Below are positions 27,714 through 37,455 of a DNA stretch of 64,000 nt, piece by piece. The notes beneath the pieces are model-generated. The model saw nothing but the letters and a program-made list of their open reading frames with translations, was not told where the DNA came from and did no database searches. The stretch's first letter is position 1; each line of letters starts with the position of its first letter. The translations under genes were made by a program, and so were the position numbers. The stretch is from a virus (taxonomy: Duplodnaviria; Heunggongvirae; Uroviricota; Caudoviricetes), in the IMG/VR virus record IMGVR_UViG_3300034022_000267, positions 1-64,000 of that record, one strand, 5' to 3'.

Positions 27714-28070
27714 ATGGCAAAATTAAACAAAGCAATACAAGATGTATTAGATAACACAAGTGATGTATTATACAGAGAAGAAATCTACATCAATGGTGTA
27801 CATGAATATGATTATCATAAGCTCAAGGTGGATGTAAACATTACAGTTCACACATTATATTATAGTGATCATGCTGAATGGGGTGATCATGTTAGAAAAA
27901 CAGTGGCTATGCAATTAGTAGATAATGGTAATGGTATAGAGATTATTGGTGTTAATGCTAAGAAAGAAATAAACTATGCAGAAGCTGAACAATTACACAT
28001 ATTGTTAAGATTATCTTGTACGCAATGTGTATATCAAATTTCTGAACCAACACTTAAAAAAGAGTTTTAA
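27714..28070 (+). CDS. Hypothetical protein
   Basis: 118 aa. Confidence 0.35.
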   Translation: MAKLNKAIQDVLDNTSDVLYREEIYINGVHEYDYHKLKVDVNITVHTLYYSDHAEWGDHVRKTVAMQLVDNGNGIEIIGVNAKKEINYAEAEQLHILLRLSCTQCVYQISEPTLKKEF

Positions 28071-28492
28071 TGTGGTATCCAGTTGAAATATCATTCTCAA
28101 GCTACCTTCCTGATGAATTAGAGGAAGGTATGCTTTTTATAAACAGAATATCTGTTGGTGTAATAGAACCTTATATAGAGCTCTTTGAACTTGAAGAGAT
28201 TCCTGAAGACATGGATGAGTTCATGAGCAAACATGGAGCTCCTGTAGACATTTTAATCATTGATGATGGAGATATAATTGCTTCACATGATCAAATTGGT
28301 TGGTGGGATGAAGGAGATGATACAGATGAACTCAGAGACATAACATTAGATGATATCAATTACATATTAAGAGAACTTGAGGGATGTGTTGATATTCAAA
28401 TAGAAGATGATGATGAAGACGCTTTCATACCAGTTATGTATGAAGATAAAATAGTACTATCTCTGGTTCCAGATGATGATGAAGAAGAATAA
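28070..28492 (+). CDS. Hypothetical acidic protein
   Basis: 140 aa, D/E-rich (DDDEDAF...DDDEEE). Confidence 0.35.
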   Translation: MWYPVEISFSSYLPDELEEGMLFINRISVGVIEPYIELFELEEIPEDMDEFMSKHGAPVDILIIDDGDIIASHDQIGWWDEGDDTDELRDITLDDINYILRELEGCVDIQIEDDDEDAFIPVMYEDKIVLSLVPDDDEEE

Positions 28493-28555
28493 CTAAAACA
28501 ATTATAATATTATAATATTTTTAGTTATATTTGTAACCCTTTTTAAAAATTTGAT

Positions 28556-30517
28556 ATGAAAGAAGAAGTAATAATATATGACATAGAAACTATGCAAGAA
28601 CTATTCTTAGTTGTATGTATGGTGCCTGGTAAGATAGGTAAAAGCTTTCAAGTGTCTAAATGGAAGAATCAACTTGATGCTTTTGTTAGATATACAGAAG
28701 CTCATAGTGATGCTTATTGGGTGGGTTATAATAACCTACGCTTTGACAGTCAAGTTGTTGAATGGATCTTACGAAACTATGAGAAGTGGCATGAGTTAAC
28801 TAATCTAGAGGTATGTGCACTAATTGCACAGAAGGCTGCAGATGTTATCCATGATGCTAATTATGATGTATTCCCAGAATATAGAGAGCATGAACTAAGC
28901 CTTAAGCAAATAGATTTATTCAAAATCAATCATTACGATAATAAAAATCGTATGGTGAGCTTGAAGAGACTAGAGTTTGAAATGGATCTAGAGAACATAG
29001 AAGAAATGCCTATACATCACACTAAGGTGAATATAACAAAAGAAGAAGTAGAGATGACTATTGACTATTGTTATAATGATGTTGATGCTACTTATGAATT
29101 CTACAAGGTTACAACAGGTAATTGTGATCATCCTCTATACAAAGGAAACAATCAAATAGAGTTGAGACAAGATATTGAAGAAGAGTTTGGTATACCATGT
29201 CTGAACTATTCAGATAGTAAGATTGGTGATGAGATGATTAAGAAGTATTATTGTTCTGAGAAAGGAATTCAATACAAAGAACTTCCTAGAAAAGGATATT
29301 TCAGAAAGAGCATTGATGTAAAGAATTGCATTGCTAAGTATGTTGTATTTGAAACTCCTCAACTGAAAGAGTTTCTGAAAAAGATTAATAAACTGCAGCT
29401 TGGTCTGCAAGATGATTTCAAAGAGCATATAGATTTCCATGGAAATATGTATTCTTTTATGAAAGGTGGTCTTCACACAGAGAATAGTCCTAAGATATTT
29501 GAAGCTGATGAAGACTATGAGATAATCGATTGGGATGTGTCTAGTTACTATCCTGCCATCATTATTAACAATGGTAAGTTTCCTGCTCATTTAGGCAAAG
29601 AATTCCTTAGGGGATACAAACAGATGTTTGAGAAGAGATTGGAGCTTAAACCACTTGCTAAGAGTGATAAAAAGATTAAAGGAATTGTTGGAGCACTTAA
29701 ACTTGCAGTTAACTCTGTATATGGTAAGTCATCTGATATGTTATCATGGATATATGATAGGCAACTCACTATGTTCACCACAATTACTGGTGAATTATCA
29801 TTGATGATGCTTATTGAGAAATATGAAACCAATGACATACATGTGATCTCTGCAAATACAGATGGTGTAACTATTAAGATTAAGAAAGATCAAATTCCTT
29901 TAATGCATGAAATCAATGCATGGTGGTGTGAACTCACTCAATATGAGCTTGAGAGAACAGACTACTCAAAGATTATCTTTAGTACTGTGAATGATTATTT
30001 AGCAATTATGACCAATGGAGAAATTAAAAAGAAAGGTGATTTCCTTACTGACTTTGAGTTACATAAGAATAAATCAGCCAGAGTGGTTCCTATTGCTCTT
30101 GAGCAGTGGTTTGTACATGGTGTTCCTGTGGATACTACGATACGTAACCATACTAATCTTTATGACTTCTGTTTAAGACAGAAAGCTACTAGAAGTTTCC
30201 ATTATGAAGGAACTAATAGGTCAACTGGTAAGAAAACAGTGTATGATAAACTCATACGTTATTATGTATCCAATGAGGGAGACAAAATCTTTAAAATTAA
30301 AAATGAAGAGTGTCAAACTAGAGCTGCCGCAATAAGTCAAGTGGAAGCTGGTGAGTGGGTATGTAAAGTTTGTAATTTTCTACCAAAGAACAGTGCTGTT
30401 GATAATGTCAATTATGATTATTATATTGAGAAAGCTAACAGAATAGTCACAAAGATTAACACTGAAGGAAGAAGAATTAAAACAGTGTACATTCCTAACC
30501 AATTAAATCTATTTTAA
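28556..30517 (+). CDS. Family B DNA polymerase with 3'-5' exonuclease
   Basis: 653 aa. Exo I IYDIET, Exo II YNNLRFD, Exo III YCYNDVD; pol motif A DWDVSSYYPAII, motif B KLAVNSVYGK, motif C-like SANTDGV. Compact size, comparable to small phage polB enzymes. Confidence 0.75.
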   Translation: MKEEVIIYDIETMQELFLVVCMVPGKIGKSFQVSKWKNQLDAFVRYTEAHSDAYWVGYNNLRFDSQVVEWILRNYEKWHELTNLEVCALIAQKAADVIHDANYDVFPEYREHELSLKQIDLFKINHYDNKNRMVSLKRLEFEMDLENIEEMPIHHTKVNITKEEVEMTIDYCYNDVDATYEFYKVTTGNCDHPLYKGNNQIELRQDIEEEFGIPCLNYSDSKIGDEMIKKYYCSEKGIQYKELPRKGYFRKSIDVKNCIAKYVVFETPQLKEFLKKINKLQLGLQDDFKEHIDFHGNMYSFMKGGLHTENSPKIFEADEDYEIIDWDVSSYYPAIIINNGKFPAHLGKEFLRGYKQMFEKRLELKPLAKSDKKIKGIVGALKLAVNSVYGKSSDMLSWIYDRQLTMFTTITGELSLMMLIEKYETNDIHVISANTDGVTIKIKKDQIPLMHEINAWWCELTQYELERTDYSKIIFSTVNDYLAIMTNGEIKKKGDFLTDFELHKNKSARVVPIALEQWFVHGVPVDTTIRNHTNLYDFCLRQKATRSFHYEGTNRSTGKKTVYDKLIRYYVSNEGDKIFKIKNEECQTRAAAISQVEAGEWVCKVCNFLPKNSAVDNVNYDYYIEKANRIVTKINTEGRRIKTVYIPNQLNLF

Positions 30518-30774
30518 TGAAAGCTAAAATTAACAGATCAAACATTACCAGACATCTTATCGAGTATCAACTTGATATGGTTGGTAAAAGACTAGTGGAT
30601 ACACTAGATGACGACATGTGGTACTTCAATTGGACCATGACACAAGAACAACATGATAAGTTTAAAGCTTATGCTATTCCTTTATTAAAGAAGATTTTTA
30701 AATTTAACAAAGGAAAAGCTGAATCAACCTTCCAATGGTTTGATTTACAGTTTGGATTGAGAATTAAATCATAA
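30517..30774 (+). CDS. Hypothetical protein
   Basis: 85 aa. Confidence 0.35.
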   Translation: MKAKINRSNITRHLIEYQLDMVGKRLVDTLDDDMWYFNWTMTQEQHDKFKAYAIPLLKKIFKFNKGKAESTFQWFDLQFGLRIKS

Positions 30775-30799
30775 CATTAACAATTAAATTTTAAAAATT

Positions 30800-31084
30800 A
30801 TGAATTATTATTTTATTATTTTATCAGTAATAGCAGTAGCTGTTAGTATTATTCTTCTTTATCTTGGATTAAAAGGAGCTTTTCACATGGAAGAAGAAGA
30901 AGATCCATTTATTATGCAAGAAGAGCCTAAGTTTCAACCCAGAAAGATGACTATTGTTTTTAAAGAAGAAGTTGAAGCACCTAAAAAGAAATATTACAAG
31001 AAGAAAAAGAAGAAACCAACTATTGCATTAAATGCATCAGTTGAAAAGAAACCTGTTGGAAGACCAAGAAAAACTACAGAATAA
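30800..31084 (+). CDS. Membrane-anchored basic protein with AT-hook-like motif
   Basis: 94 aa with an N-terminal TM helix and C-terminal KKKYYKKKKKKPT...KKPVGRPRKTTE (GRPRK is an AT-hook core). Confidence 0.4.
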   Translation: MNYYFIILSVIAVAVSIILLYLGLKGAFHMEEEEDPFIMQEEPKFQPRKMTIVFKEEVEAPKKKYYKKKKKKPTIALNASVEKKPVGRPRKTTE

Positions 31085-31293
31085 TGGATTGGTTAGAAGA
31101 TTGGGAATACCCAAACGATCATATTTATGCTATGGAAAGACAAAAAGATATTGAATCTTCATGGCAACAATGGGAGGAAGAGCAGATGTCTACGAGACTA
31201 CCTGCAACTATACAAGTTTTAACACCTATAACAACAGATGAAGCTGAATGTAACACCAGAACAATTCGAAGAGCTCATCAAAAGAAGTTATAA
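31084..31293 (+). CDS. Hypothetical protein
   Basis: 69 aa. Confidence 0.3.
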   Translation: MDWLEDWEYPNDHIYAMERQKDIESSWQQWEEEQMSTRLPATIQVLTPITTDEAECNTRTIRRAHQKKL

Positions 31294-31867
31294 CCTAGAC
31301 ATTTTATATTTATTGAAGCTGATAGACGAGCAATATGATGTTTCCCCACTATGTGAAGGAAGCATGAGGATTGCTGCTGTCTATCAAGCTTTGATAAGAA
31401 AAGGGTTAATAACAGACACTGATGACAAGCTCACAACATTAGGTAGAGATCTACTAGAATTCTTAAACTTAAAAGGAGGAGCAAAAATTATAAAAAGAAG
31501 GCCTGCTACAACAGATTTTGAAGAATGGTGGAAGAACTATCCAGGTACTGATTCTTTTGAGTATAAGGGTAAGAAGTTTACAGGTACAAGAGCTATTAGA
31601 AAAGGTAAGGATGACTGCAGACTAAAGTTTGATAAGATCATACTAGAAGGAGAATATACAGCTGTACAGCTTATAGCTGCTTTGAATTTTGAAATCTTAC
31701 AGAAGAAAGAATCATCTATACAAACTAATAGTAATAGAATGACCTTTATGCAAAATAGTGTCACATATCTAAGTCAAAGAGCTTTTGAACCTTATATAGA
31801 ATTAATTAACTCAGGAGAGGAAATCAAAGAATCTCTACAAAAACCAACAGGAGGTACAGATATTTAG
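31238..31867 (+). CDS. Hypothetical protein
   Basis: 209 aa. The start may be further downstream because it overlaps the previous ORF. Confidence 0.35.
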   Translation: MKLNVTPEQFEELIKRSYNLDILYLLKLIDEQYDVSPLCEGSMRIAAVYQALIRKGLITDTDDKLTTLGRDLLEFLNLKGGAKIIKRRPATTDFEEWWKNYPGTDSFEYKGKKFTGTRAIRKGKDDCRLKFDKIILEGEYTAVQLIAALNFEILQKKESSIQTNSNRMTFMQNSVTYLSQRAFEPYIELINSGEEIKESLQKPTGGTDI

Positions 31868-31870
31868 ATT

Positions 31871-32107
31871 ATGGAAACAGCAAAAGAAAAGGCTAAAGAG
31901 TTAGTATATAAATTCTATCCTAATGTTCAATGGAAACTTGGACAAGAAGATTGTTTAGAAAGAGCTAAAAGTTGTGCATTGATACTTTGTGAAGAAATGA
32001 TTAAAAAATTTGAAGACATGCTTGAAGGAGATGAAAGACCATCTGTTGCAGTTTATTATCAATGGGAATATTATAAAGAAGTAAAACAAGAAATAGAGCT
32101 ATTATGA
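31871..32107 (+). CDS. Small protein, paralog of 26465..26692
   Basis: 78 aa. KEKAKELVYKFY...YKEVKQEIELL. Its stop overlaps the helicase start. Confidence 0.4.
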   Translation: METAKEKAKELVYKFYPNVQWKLGQEDCLERAKSCALILCEEMIKKFEDMLEGDERPSVAVYYQWEYYKEVKQEIELL

Positions 32108-33168
32108 GTTTTGACATATTAGATGCAGAAGTGAACAAAGGATTGGCAGGTAAGAATAAAGGAATCCCTATGGGTTTTGATAGACTTACCAACTATGTAG
32201 GAATACGTAAGAGTATGTATTATTTGATAGGTGGTAACACTGGTTCAGGTAAGACAAGCTTTATTGATGATGCCTTTGTTCTTAATCCTGTTGATTGGGC
32301 TATGTCTAAAGAAGGAATAGCTTCAGGAATCAAGGTGAAGGTTTGGTATAGATCTATGGAAAGAAGTAGAGCCTATAAAATGGCTAAATGGATGTCACGT
32401 AAGATCTTTATAGACCAAGGAATTCTTATTCCTGTAGGTAAACTGTTAGGTTGGAAAGAGATTATGACTAAAGATGAACATGACCTGTATTTACACTACA
32501 AAGACTATATGAATGAGTTGTGTGAAGTGGTTACGCTTATTGATGGACCAGAAAATCCTGTAGGTATAGCTAAAGATCTTAAAGCTTATGCTCTTAGTAA
32601 AGGAAGAATTGAACAGATGGATGAATGGAATAAAATATACATTCCAGATGATCCAAATGAAATCACTCTTGATGTAATTGACCATATTGGATTATTGAAA
32701 ACAACCACAGCACAACCAACCAAGAAAGAAGCTATAGACAAGATGTCTGATGAACTCAGATATGCTAGAGACTTCTATGGTCATAGTCCTGTTGTTGTAA
32801 GTCAGTTCAATAGAAGTATTTCTAATCCTGCAAGAATAAAGAATGGAGATGTTGAACCTCAACTAGAGGATTTTGCAGATAGTTCATCAACACAGAATGA
32901 TGCTGATGTAGTTATGGCATTATTTGATCCTATTAGATACAAGGTGGCAGATCCTTCTGGATATAACTTAGACAAACTAGTAGACTCCTATGGAGCTAAA
33001 TATTTCAGAAGTCTTAGAGTGATTAAGAATTCTTATGGAGAAGATGACATTAGAATTGGTATGGGTTTCCTAGGCCAAATTGGTATGTTTAAAGAGCTCC
33101 CTAGAAAGAAAGACATCACAGATAGTGATTATGAAGCTATTATTAACAAATCATACTTTCTAAGATGA
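32104..33168 (+). CDS. DnaB/gp4-like replicative helicase (RecA-fold ATPase)
   Basis: 354 aa. Walker A GGNTGSGKTSF, Walker B-like ITLDVIDH, and overall DnaB C-terminal-domain-like organisation. Confidence 0.55.
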   Translation: MSFDILDAEVNKGLAGKNKGIPMGFDRLTNYVGIRKSMYYLIGGNTGSGKTSFIDDAFVLNPVDWAMSKEGIASGIKVKVWYRSMERSRAYKMAKWMSRKIFIDQGILIPVGKLLGWKEIMTKDEHDLYLHYKDYMNELCEVVTLIDGPENPVGIAKDLKAYALSKGRIEQMDEWNKIYIPDDPNEITLDVIDHIGLLKTTTAQPTKKEAIDKMSDELRYARDFYGHSPVVVSQFNRSISNPARIKNGDVEPQLEDFADSSSTQNDADVVMALFDPIRYKVADPSGYNLDKLVDSYGAKYFRSLRVIKNSYGEDDIRIGMGFLGQIGMFKELPRKKDITDSDYEAIINKSYFLR

Positions 33169-33506
33169 AAAAAAGACATTTACAAAGTAGTTACAACTAT
33201 CGATTTCAAGAGCAATCAAAGCGTAAAAGAGATTATGAAAAGCTAAAGAAAATGAAAGAAAAAGCTATAAAACCTGAAGATGCTACAGAAGAACTTGAAT
33301 ACATAAAGAAGCTGTTAGGTGGAGAAGATGTTGGTGATTTTGGTCCTGAAGAACCATTAAAAGAAGATGATTCTCTTCATTGGGCTTCTGGTAACCCTTG
33401 GTTATATTCTAGTGCTCCTATGACTGGACAACAATTGCAATCACATTACAACTCACTTTCAGAACTTCTAGAAGGAAAATCAATTACAAAAGGAAAAAGA
33501 TTATAA
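33165..33506 (+). CDS. Hypothetical protein
   Basis: 113 aa. Confidence 0.35.
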   Translation: MKKRHLQSSYNYRFQEQSKRKRDYEKLKKMKEKAIKPEDATEELEYIKKLLGGEDVGDFGPEEPLKEDDSLHWASGNPWLYSSAPMTGQQLQSHYNSLSELLEGKSITKGKRL

Positions 33507-33532
33507 CAATTAACAATTAAAAACAATTAACA
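33503..33532 (+). promoter_or_regulatory. Triple copy of recurrent upstream motif ACAATTAA (AACAATTAACAATTAAAAACAATTAACAATG)
   Basis: The same TTAACAATTAA-type element sits 5-20 nt upstream of start codons at 14818, 28556, 30800, 36519, 40055, 40442, 43067, 49846 and 54490, and (reverse-complemented) before minus-strand genes at 60600 and 62850. Confidence 0.4.
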
Positions 33533-34216
33533 ATGAAAACAAAAAATTATTCAAAATTCGTGTTCTCTAAACAAAACAGAGAAGTTAAAACAAAAACAGT
33601 ATTGTCTCTTAAAGAATCAATGGCTAAGTTTGGATTTATTCCAGGTAGACCAGTGTTGATTACAAAAGAATGGGTGATTGTTGATGGACAACATAGATTT
33701 TTAGCTGCTAGAGATCTTGGTATTGAAATAGAGTTTGAAATATTAGAAGGAGACTATCTTGATAAGATGATCCATTTAAATTCTACACAGTCTAATTGGA
33801 CTTTAGAAGATTATGTTAATTCATATGCAAGTCAAAACATTGATTGTTATAGAAAACTTTTGAAATTCAAAGAGAAGTATGATTTAAATCTTTCTTCTGC
33901 TATTACTATTTTCTTTAGTCCAAGTGTAAAATCTGTTAATATTAAAAAAGGAGAGATTCTTAAGATTAACAGTAATGCAGATCAAGTAGCAGATTTCATC
34001 TCAAACTGTCATACAGTGGCTTATAATAAAGATAATAAGTTTGTTAGAGCAATTGTATCAGTTTATGATAAACTTACAAAATCTCAATTGAGCAAGTTAA
34101 AATCAAGATTAATCATTGTTCCAAAATTATCTAACTCAAGTGATTTTATCACAGCCTTTGAAAACATTATCAATAAAGGAAAAAGAGGAGATTATAAAGT
34201 GGATTTAAGTAAATAA
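33533..34216 (+). CDS. ParB-like nuclease domain protein (DGQHR motif; DndB-like)
   Basis: 227 aa. PGRPVLITKEWVIVDGQHRFLAARDLG matches the ParB/Srx-fold DGQHR signature. Confidence 0.5.
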   Translation: MKTKNYSKFVFSKQNREVKTKTVLSLKESMAKFGFIPGRPVLITKEWVIVDGQHRFLAARDLGIEIEFEILEGDYLDKMIHLNSTQSNWTLEDYVNSYASQNIDCYRKLLKFKEKYDLNLSSAITIFFSPSVKSVNIKKGEILKINSNADQVADFISNCHTVAYNKDNKFVRAIVSVYDKLTKSQLSKLKSRLIIVPKLSNSSDFITAFENIINKGKRGDYKVDLSK

Positions 34217-34219
34217 TTT

Positions 34220-34414
34220 ATGAAACCAGGAATAAAAGATAAATTAAAAATTGAGGCATCATTACATGCTTTATCAGGGCTCTTATCTAATCCAAATATA
34301 ATTAAAGAACTTGATGTAGAAAGTAAATTTATGTGTGATTTAGCTATGACAGCTACATCTTATGCTGATACATTGATTGATCAATTAGAAGAAGAGGAAG
34401 AACTATGGGAATAA
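34220..34414 (+). CDS. Hypothetical protein
   Basis: 64 aa, acidic tail. Confidence 0.3.
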   Translation: MKPGIKDKLKIEASLHALSGLLSNPNIIKELDVESKFMCDLAMTATSYADTLIDQLEEEEELWE

Positions 34415-35481
34415 GAGATATTAGGCAGAAAGAGTTTGCTGATGTATGGTTAAAAGAAAAGCATGGTATACTCAATCTATGTCCAAGATTTGGTAAGATA
34501 AGAACTAGTATAAATATACTAGAACATTTCAAACCAAAACTTAAAAGTGTACTTATTGCTTACCCAGATAACAAGATTAAAGAATCTTGGCAATCTGATT
34601 TTGCTGATAGAGGTTATCTTGATGCTAATGTAACATATACTACTCACTTATCACTAAAGAAATATGTTGATGAGGAGTATGATATTATTATCATAGATGA
34701 GATACATCTACTGAGCGAAGCTCAAATAGAAGTGTGTAAGGACCTGTTCAGTAACAATGGACAGGTTCTTGGTCTCACTGGTACATTATCCAGTGATACA
34801 GAAAGAACCTTAGAAGAAGAACTTGATATACATGTAATAGCTCATTATCCAATTGAAAAAGCAATTGAAGAAGGAGTGATTGTAGATTATGAAATACATG
34901 TAATTAAAGTGCCTTTAGATAATATCACTATGCAATATAACAATAAACAAAAAACAGAGAAGAAACATTATGATGGATTATCATGGGTAATCAATAAACT
35001 TCAGAATAGTGGATCAGATACAATGTTTATGCGTCTTGCTAGAATGAGAGTTATTCAATCATCCCTGGCCAAAACTAATGCTACAAAGCGACTTTTGGCT
35101 GCACATAAAGATGAGAGGGTTCTTGTGTTCTGTGGAACCACCAAAGTGGCAGATAGTCTTGGTATTCCTTCCTATCACAATAAGTCTAAAGAGAAAGAAA
35201 TCTTTGAAGACTTTGCTGAAGGTAAAGGTAATCATCTAGCTGTTGTAAAGATTGGTAATACAGGAGTGACGTATAAACCTCTTGATCGAGTAATAATAAA
35301 CTATTTCGATAGTAATGCAGAGAATCTCGCACAAAAAATAAATCGATGCATGGCTATGGAATATAACACTCCAGATAAGAAAGCACATGTATATATAGTG
35401 AGCTCTAATGAACCTGTAGAATTGAAATGGTTATCAAAAGCACTTGAGTTCTTTGATAAAAGCAAGATAAAATATGTATAA
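34405..35481 (+). CDS. Superfamily-2 (DEAD/DEAH-like) helicase
   Basis: 358 aa. Motif II IIIDEIH, motif III-like LGLTGTLS, and a C-terminal helicase domain. Confidence 0.55.
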   Translation: MGIRDIRQKEFADVWLKEKHGILNLCPRFGKIRTSINILEHFKPKLKSVLIAYPDNKIKESWQSDFADRGYLDANVTYTTHLSLKKYVDEEYDIIIIDEIHLLSEAQIEVCKDLFSNNGQVLGLTGTLSSDTERTLEEELDIHVIAHYPIEKAIEEGVIVDYEIHVIKVPLDNITMQYNNKQKTEKKHYDGLSWVINKLQNSGSDTMFMRLARMRVIQSSLAKTNATKRLLAAHKDERVLVFCGTTKVADSLGIPSYHNKSKEKEIFEDFAEGKGNHLAVVKIGNTGVTYKPLDRVIINYFDSNAENLAQKINRCMAMEYNTPDKKAHVYIVSSNEPVELKWLSKALEFFDKSKIKYV

Positions 35482-35541
35482 TTAAAATAATTATTCGTAT
35501 CTTTATATAATGAAAATAACTAATTAAATAAATTAAAAACT

Positions 35542-36216
35542 ATGAGTTCAAAGCTAGTAGGGATTGTAGGTGCTACAGGTACAGGAAAGAGTACAGCCAT
35601 TAAGCATCTAAATCCAGAAGAAACGTACATTATTAATGTTGCAAAGAAAGAGCTTCCATTCAAAGGAAGTGAAAAGCTTTACAACACAGAGAACAAGAAT
35701 TACAAAGAAGTAGAAGATGCTAATGAAATTAGTCGTTTGCTAAAAACTATTTCTGAAAAAGCTCCTCACATTAAGAACATCATTATTGAAGACTCTAATT
35801 ACATTATGGGATTCAATATGGTGGCTAAAGCTACAGAGACAGGATTTACCAAATTTAGTCTTATGGCTAAAGACATGGTGGATTTGTTTAGAACAGCTAG
35901 ACAATTGAGAGATGACGTCACTGTATTCTATCTTACACATCCAGAAGAAGTGATGGATGGTCAAGATGTAATAGGATATAAAATCAAGACAGCAGGTAAG
36001 TTGATTGATAACCAAGTGTTACTTGAGGGATTATTAACTGTATGTCTATACACTCTTGTAGAAGAGAACAAAGATGGAACAGCTAATTATCAATTTGTAA
36101 CTAATCGTTATAGAAAGTATCCAGCTAAGAGTCCTGATGGGATGTTCCAAGAATTAAAAATACCTAACAATCTGCAAATGGTTGCAGAAAGTCTAACTAA
36201 TTATTATAATGCTTAA
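35542..36216 (+). CDS. P-loop ATPase (AAA_24/Sak4-like)
   Basis: 224 aa. Walker A GIVGATGTGKST, Walker B IIIEDSNY. The size is typical of phage Sak4-like recombination ATPases. Confidence 0.45.
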   Translation: MSSKLVGIVGATGTGKSTAIKHLNPEETYIINVAKKELPFKGSEKLYNTENKNYKEVEDANEISRLLKTISEKAPHIKNIIIEDSNYIMGFNMVAKATETGFTKFSLMAKDMVDLFRTARQLRDDVTVFYLTHPEEVMDGQDVIGYKIKTAGKLIDNQVLLEGLLTVCLYTLVEENKDGTANYQFVTNRYRKYPAKSPDGMFQELKIPNNLQMVAESLTNYYNA

Positions 36217-36226
36217 CTAAATTAAA

Positions 36227-36499
36227 ATGATACACGAAGATGAATTAATGCCACAATTAAATGCAGGAACAGGAGTTCAAGAAGATTGTGAAAAACAATG
36301 GAGACCTACAAGAATGGAATGTCTTAAAAATTATCAAATCAATATTGAATTCCTATCAATGGGATGCATTGTTCGAGTGGGATGTATGTCTATTCCTTTC
36401 CAATTTATAAATGATGCAATGGATGCAATAAAAGCATATACAGAACATCCATATGAGGAAAGACAGAGATGGGAAAAATTAATTGAATCAAGACAATAA
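36227..36499 (+). CDS. Hypothetical protein
   Basis: 90 aa. Confidence 0.35.
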   Translation: MIHEDELMPQLNAGTGVQEDCEKQWRPTRMECLKNYQINIEFLSMGCIVRVGCMSIPFQFINDAMDAIKAYTEHPYEERQRWEKLIESRQ

Positions 36500-37391
36500 C
36501 AAATTAAAATTAAAAATTATGAGTAGTATCGGAGGAAAGAAAAGAGAGAACACAGGAAGTGGTGATTCAGTAAAGAAAGTAGGATTGTTTGAGGCTAATA
36601 TAATAGCCATCAATCCAACAATTGAAGAGTATAAAGACAAGCTTGGTATTGAGCTTAAAGAAGACAGCAAAGCTGCTGAGTATTTAGGTGAGACTAAAGA
36701 TGGGAACAGTTATGTTCGTTTAGATTTTTGGTTACAGAAAGTTAATACTACAGATAATTATAAAGTTAGCTTTTTCTTAGAAGATAAAGAACGTGAGAAT
36801 AAAGATGGAACTAAGAAACAATATATCAATTCTATTGGTATGTGTTCTTGGGCAGGAGATGAAAATGATCTTGCTGAATGGTTTACTAAAGGAAGAGATT
36901 TCAGAGTGGCTAATACAGGAGAAGAAGATCTATACAACTTCATGAGAACATGGTTAGCTGATCTTGATTATCGTGATGTTGAAACTGTTCTACAATTAGA
37001 ATGGAAGAAACTAATGAGAGGCAATGTAAAAGACCTTAAAGATCAAATTGGAGGTGAATGGGCCAAATCTGTTGTAGCTCTTGCTACAGTGATTGTTAAA
37101 GAACGTGATGGAGAATCTAAAGAATATCAAGGAATCTACAATAAAGCTTTTATTGGTGGATATGCATTGAAACAATTTAGACTTGTTGATTATGGAAACA
37201 AAAAGACACAAGAAGCTCTTAAGAACAAAAAACCTAAAGAGTTGAAAGCACACGAGAAATTTGTTGTGAATGTTATAGGTGAATATGGTTGTAAAGACTA
37301 TTACACTCTTAAAGATCTACAAGACTATAATGCTGATGACAACTTAGTTGCTTCTGATGCATTTATTTCTGAAGATGGGGATGATTATTAA
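36483..37391 (+). CDS. Hypothetical protein (possible ssDNA-binding/replication protein)
   Basis: 302 aa ORF. A more likely start is the in-frame ATG at 36519 (MSSIGG), preceded by an AACAAATTAAAATTAAAAATT leader. A terminator hairpin follows. Confidence 0.4.
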   Translation: MNQDNNKLKLKIMSSIGGKKRENTGSGDSVKKVGLFEANIIAINPTIEEYKDKLGIELKEDSKAAEYLGETKDGNSYVRLDFWLQKVNTTDNYKVSFFLEDKERENKDGTKKQYINSIGMCSWAGDENDLAEWFTKGRDFRVANTGEEDLYNFMRTWLADLDYRDVETVLQLEWKKLMRGNVKDLKDQIGGEWAKSVVALATVIVKERDGESKEYQGIYNKAFIGGYALKQFRLVDYGNKKTQEALKNKKPKELKAHEKFVVNVIGEYGCKDYYTLKDLQDYNADDNLVASDAFISEDGDDY

Positions 37392-37411
37392 TAATTGTTA
37401 ATTGTGTAGAG

Positions 37412-37443
37412 AGCCTCATCATTAATTTGGTGAGGCTTTTTAT
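37412..37443 (+). terminator. Rho-independent terminator
   Basis: agcctca-loop-tgaggct followed by TTTTTA. Confidence 0.6.
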
Positions 37444-37455
37444 ATTTAAAGCTAT

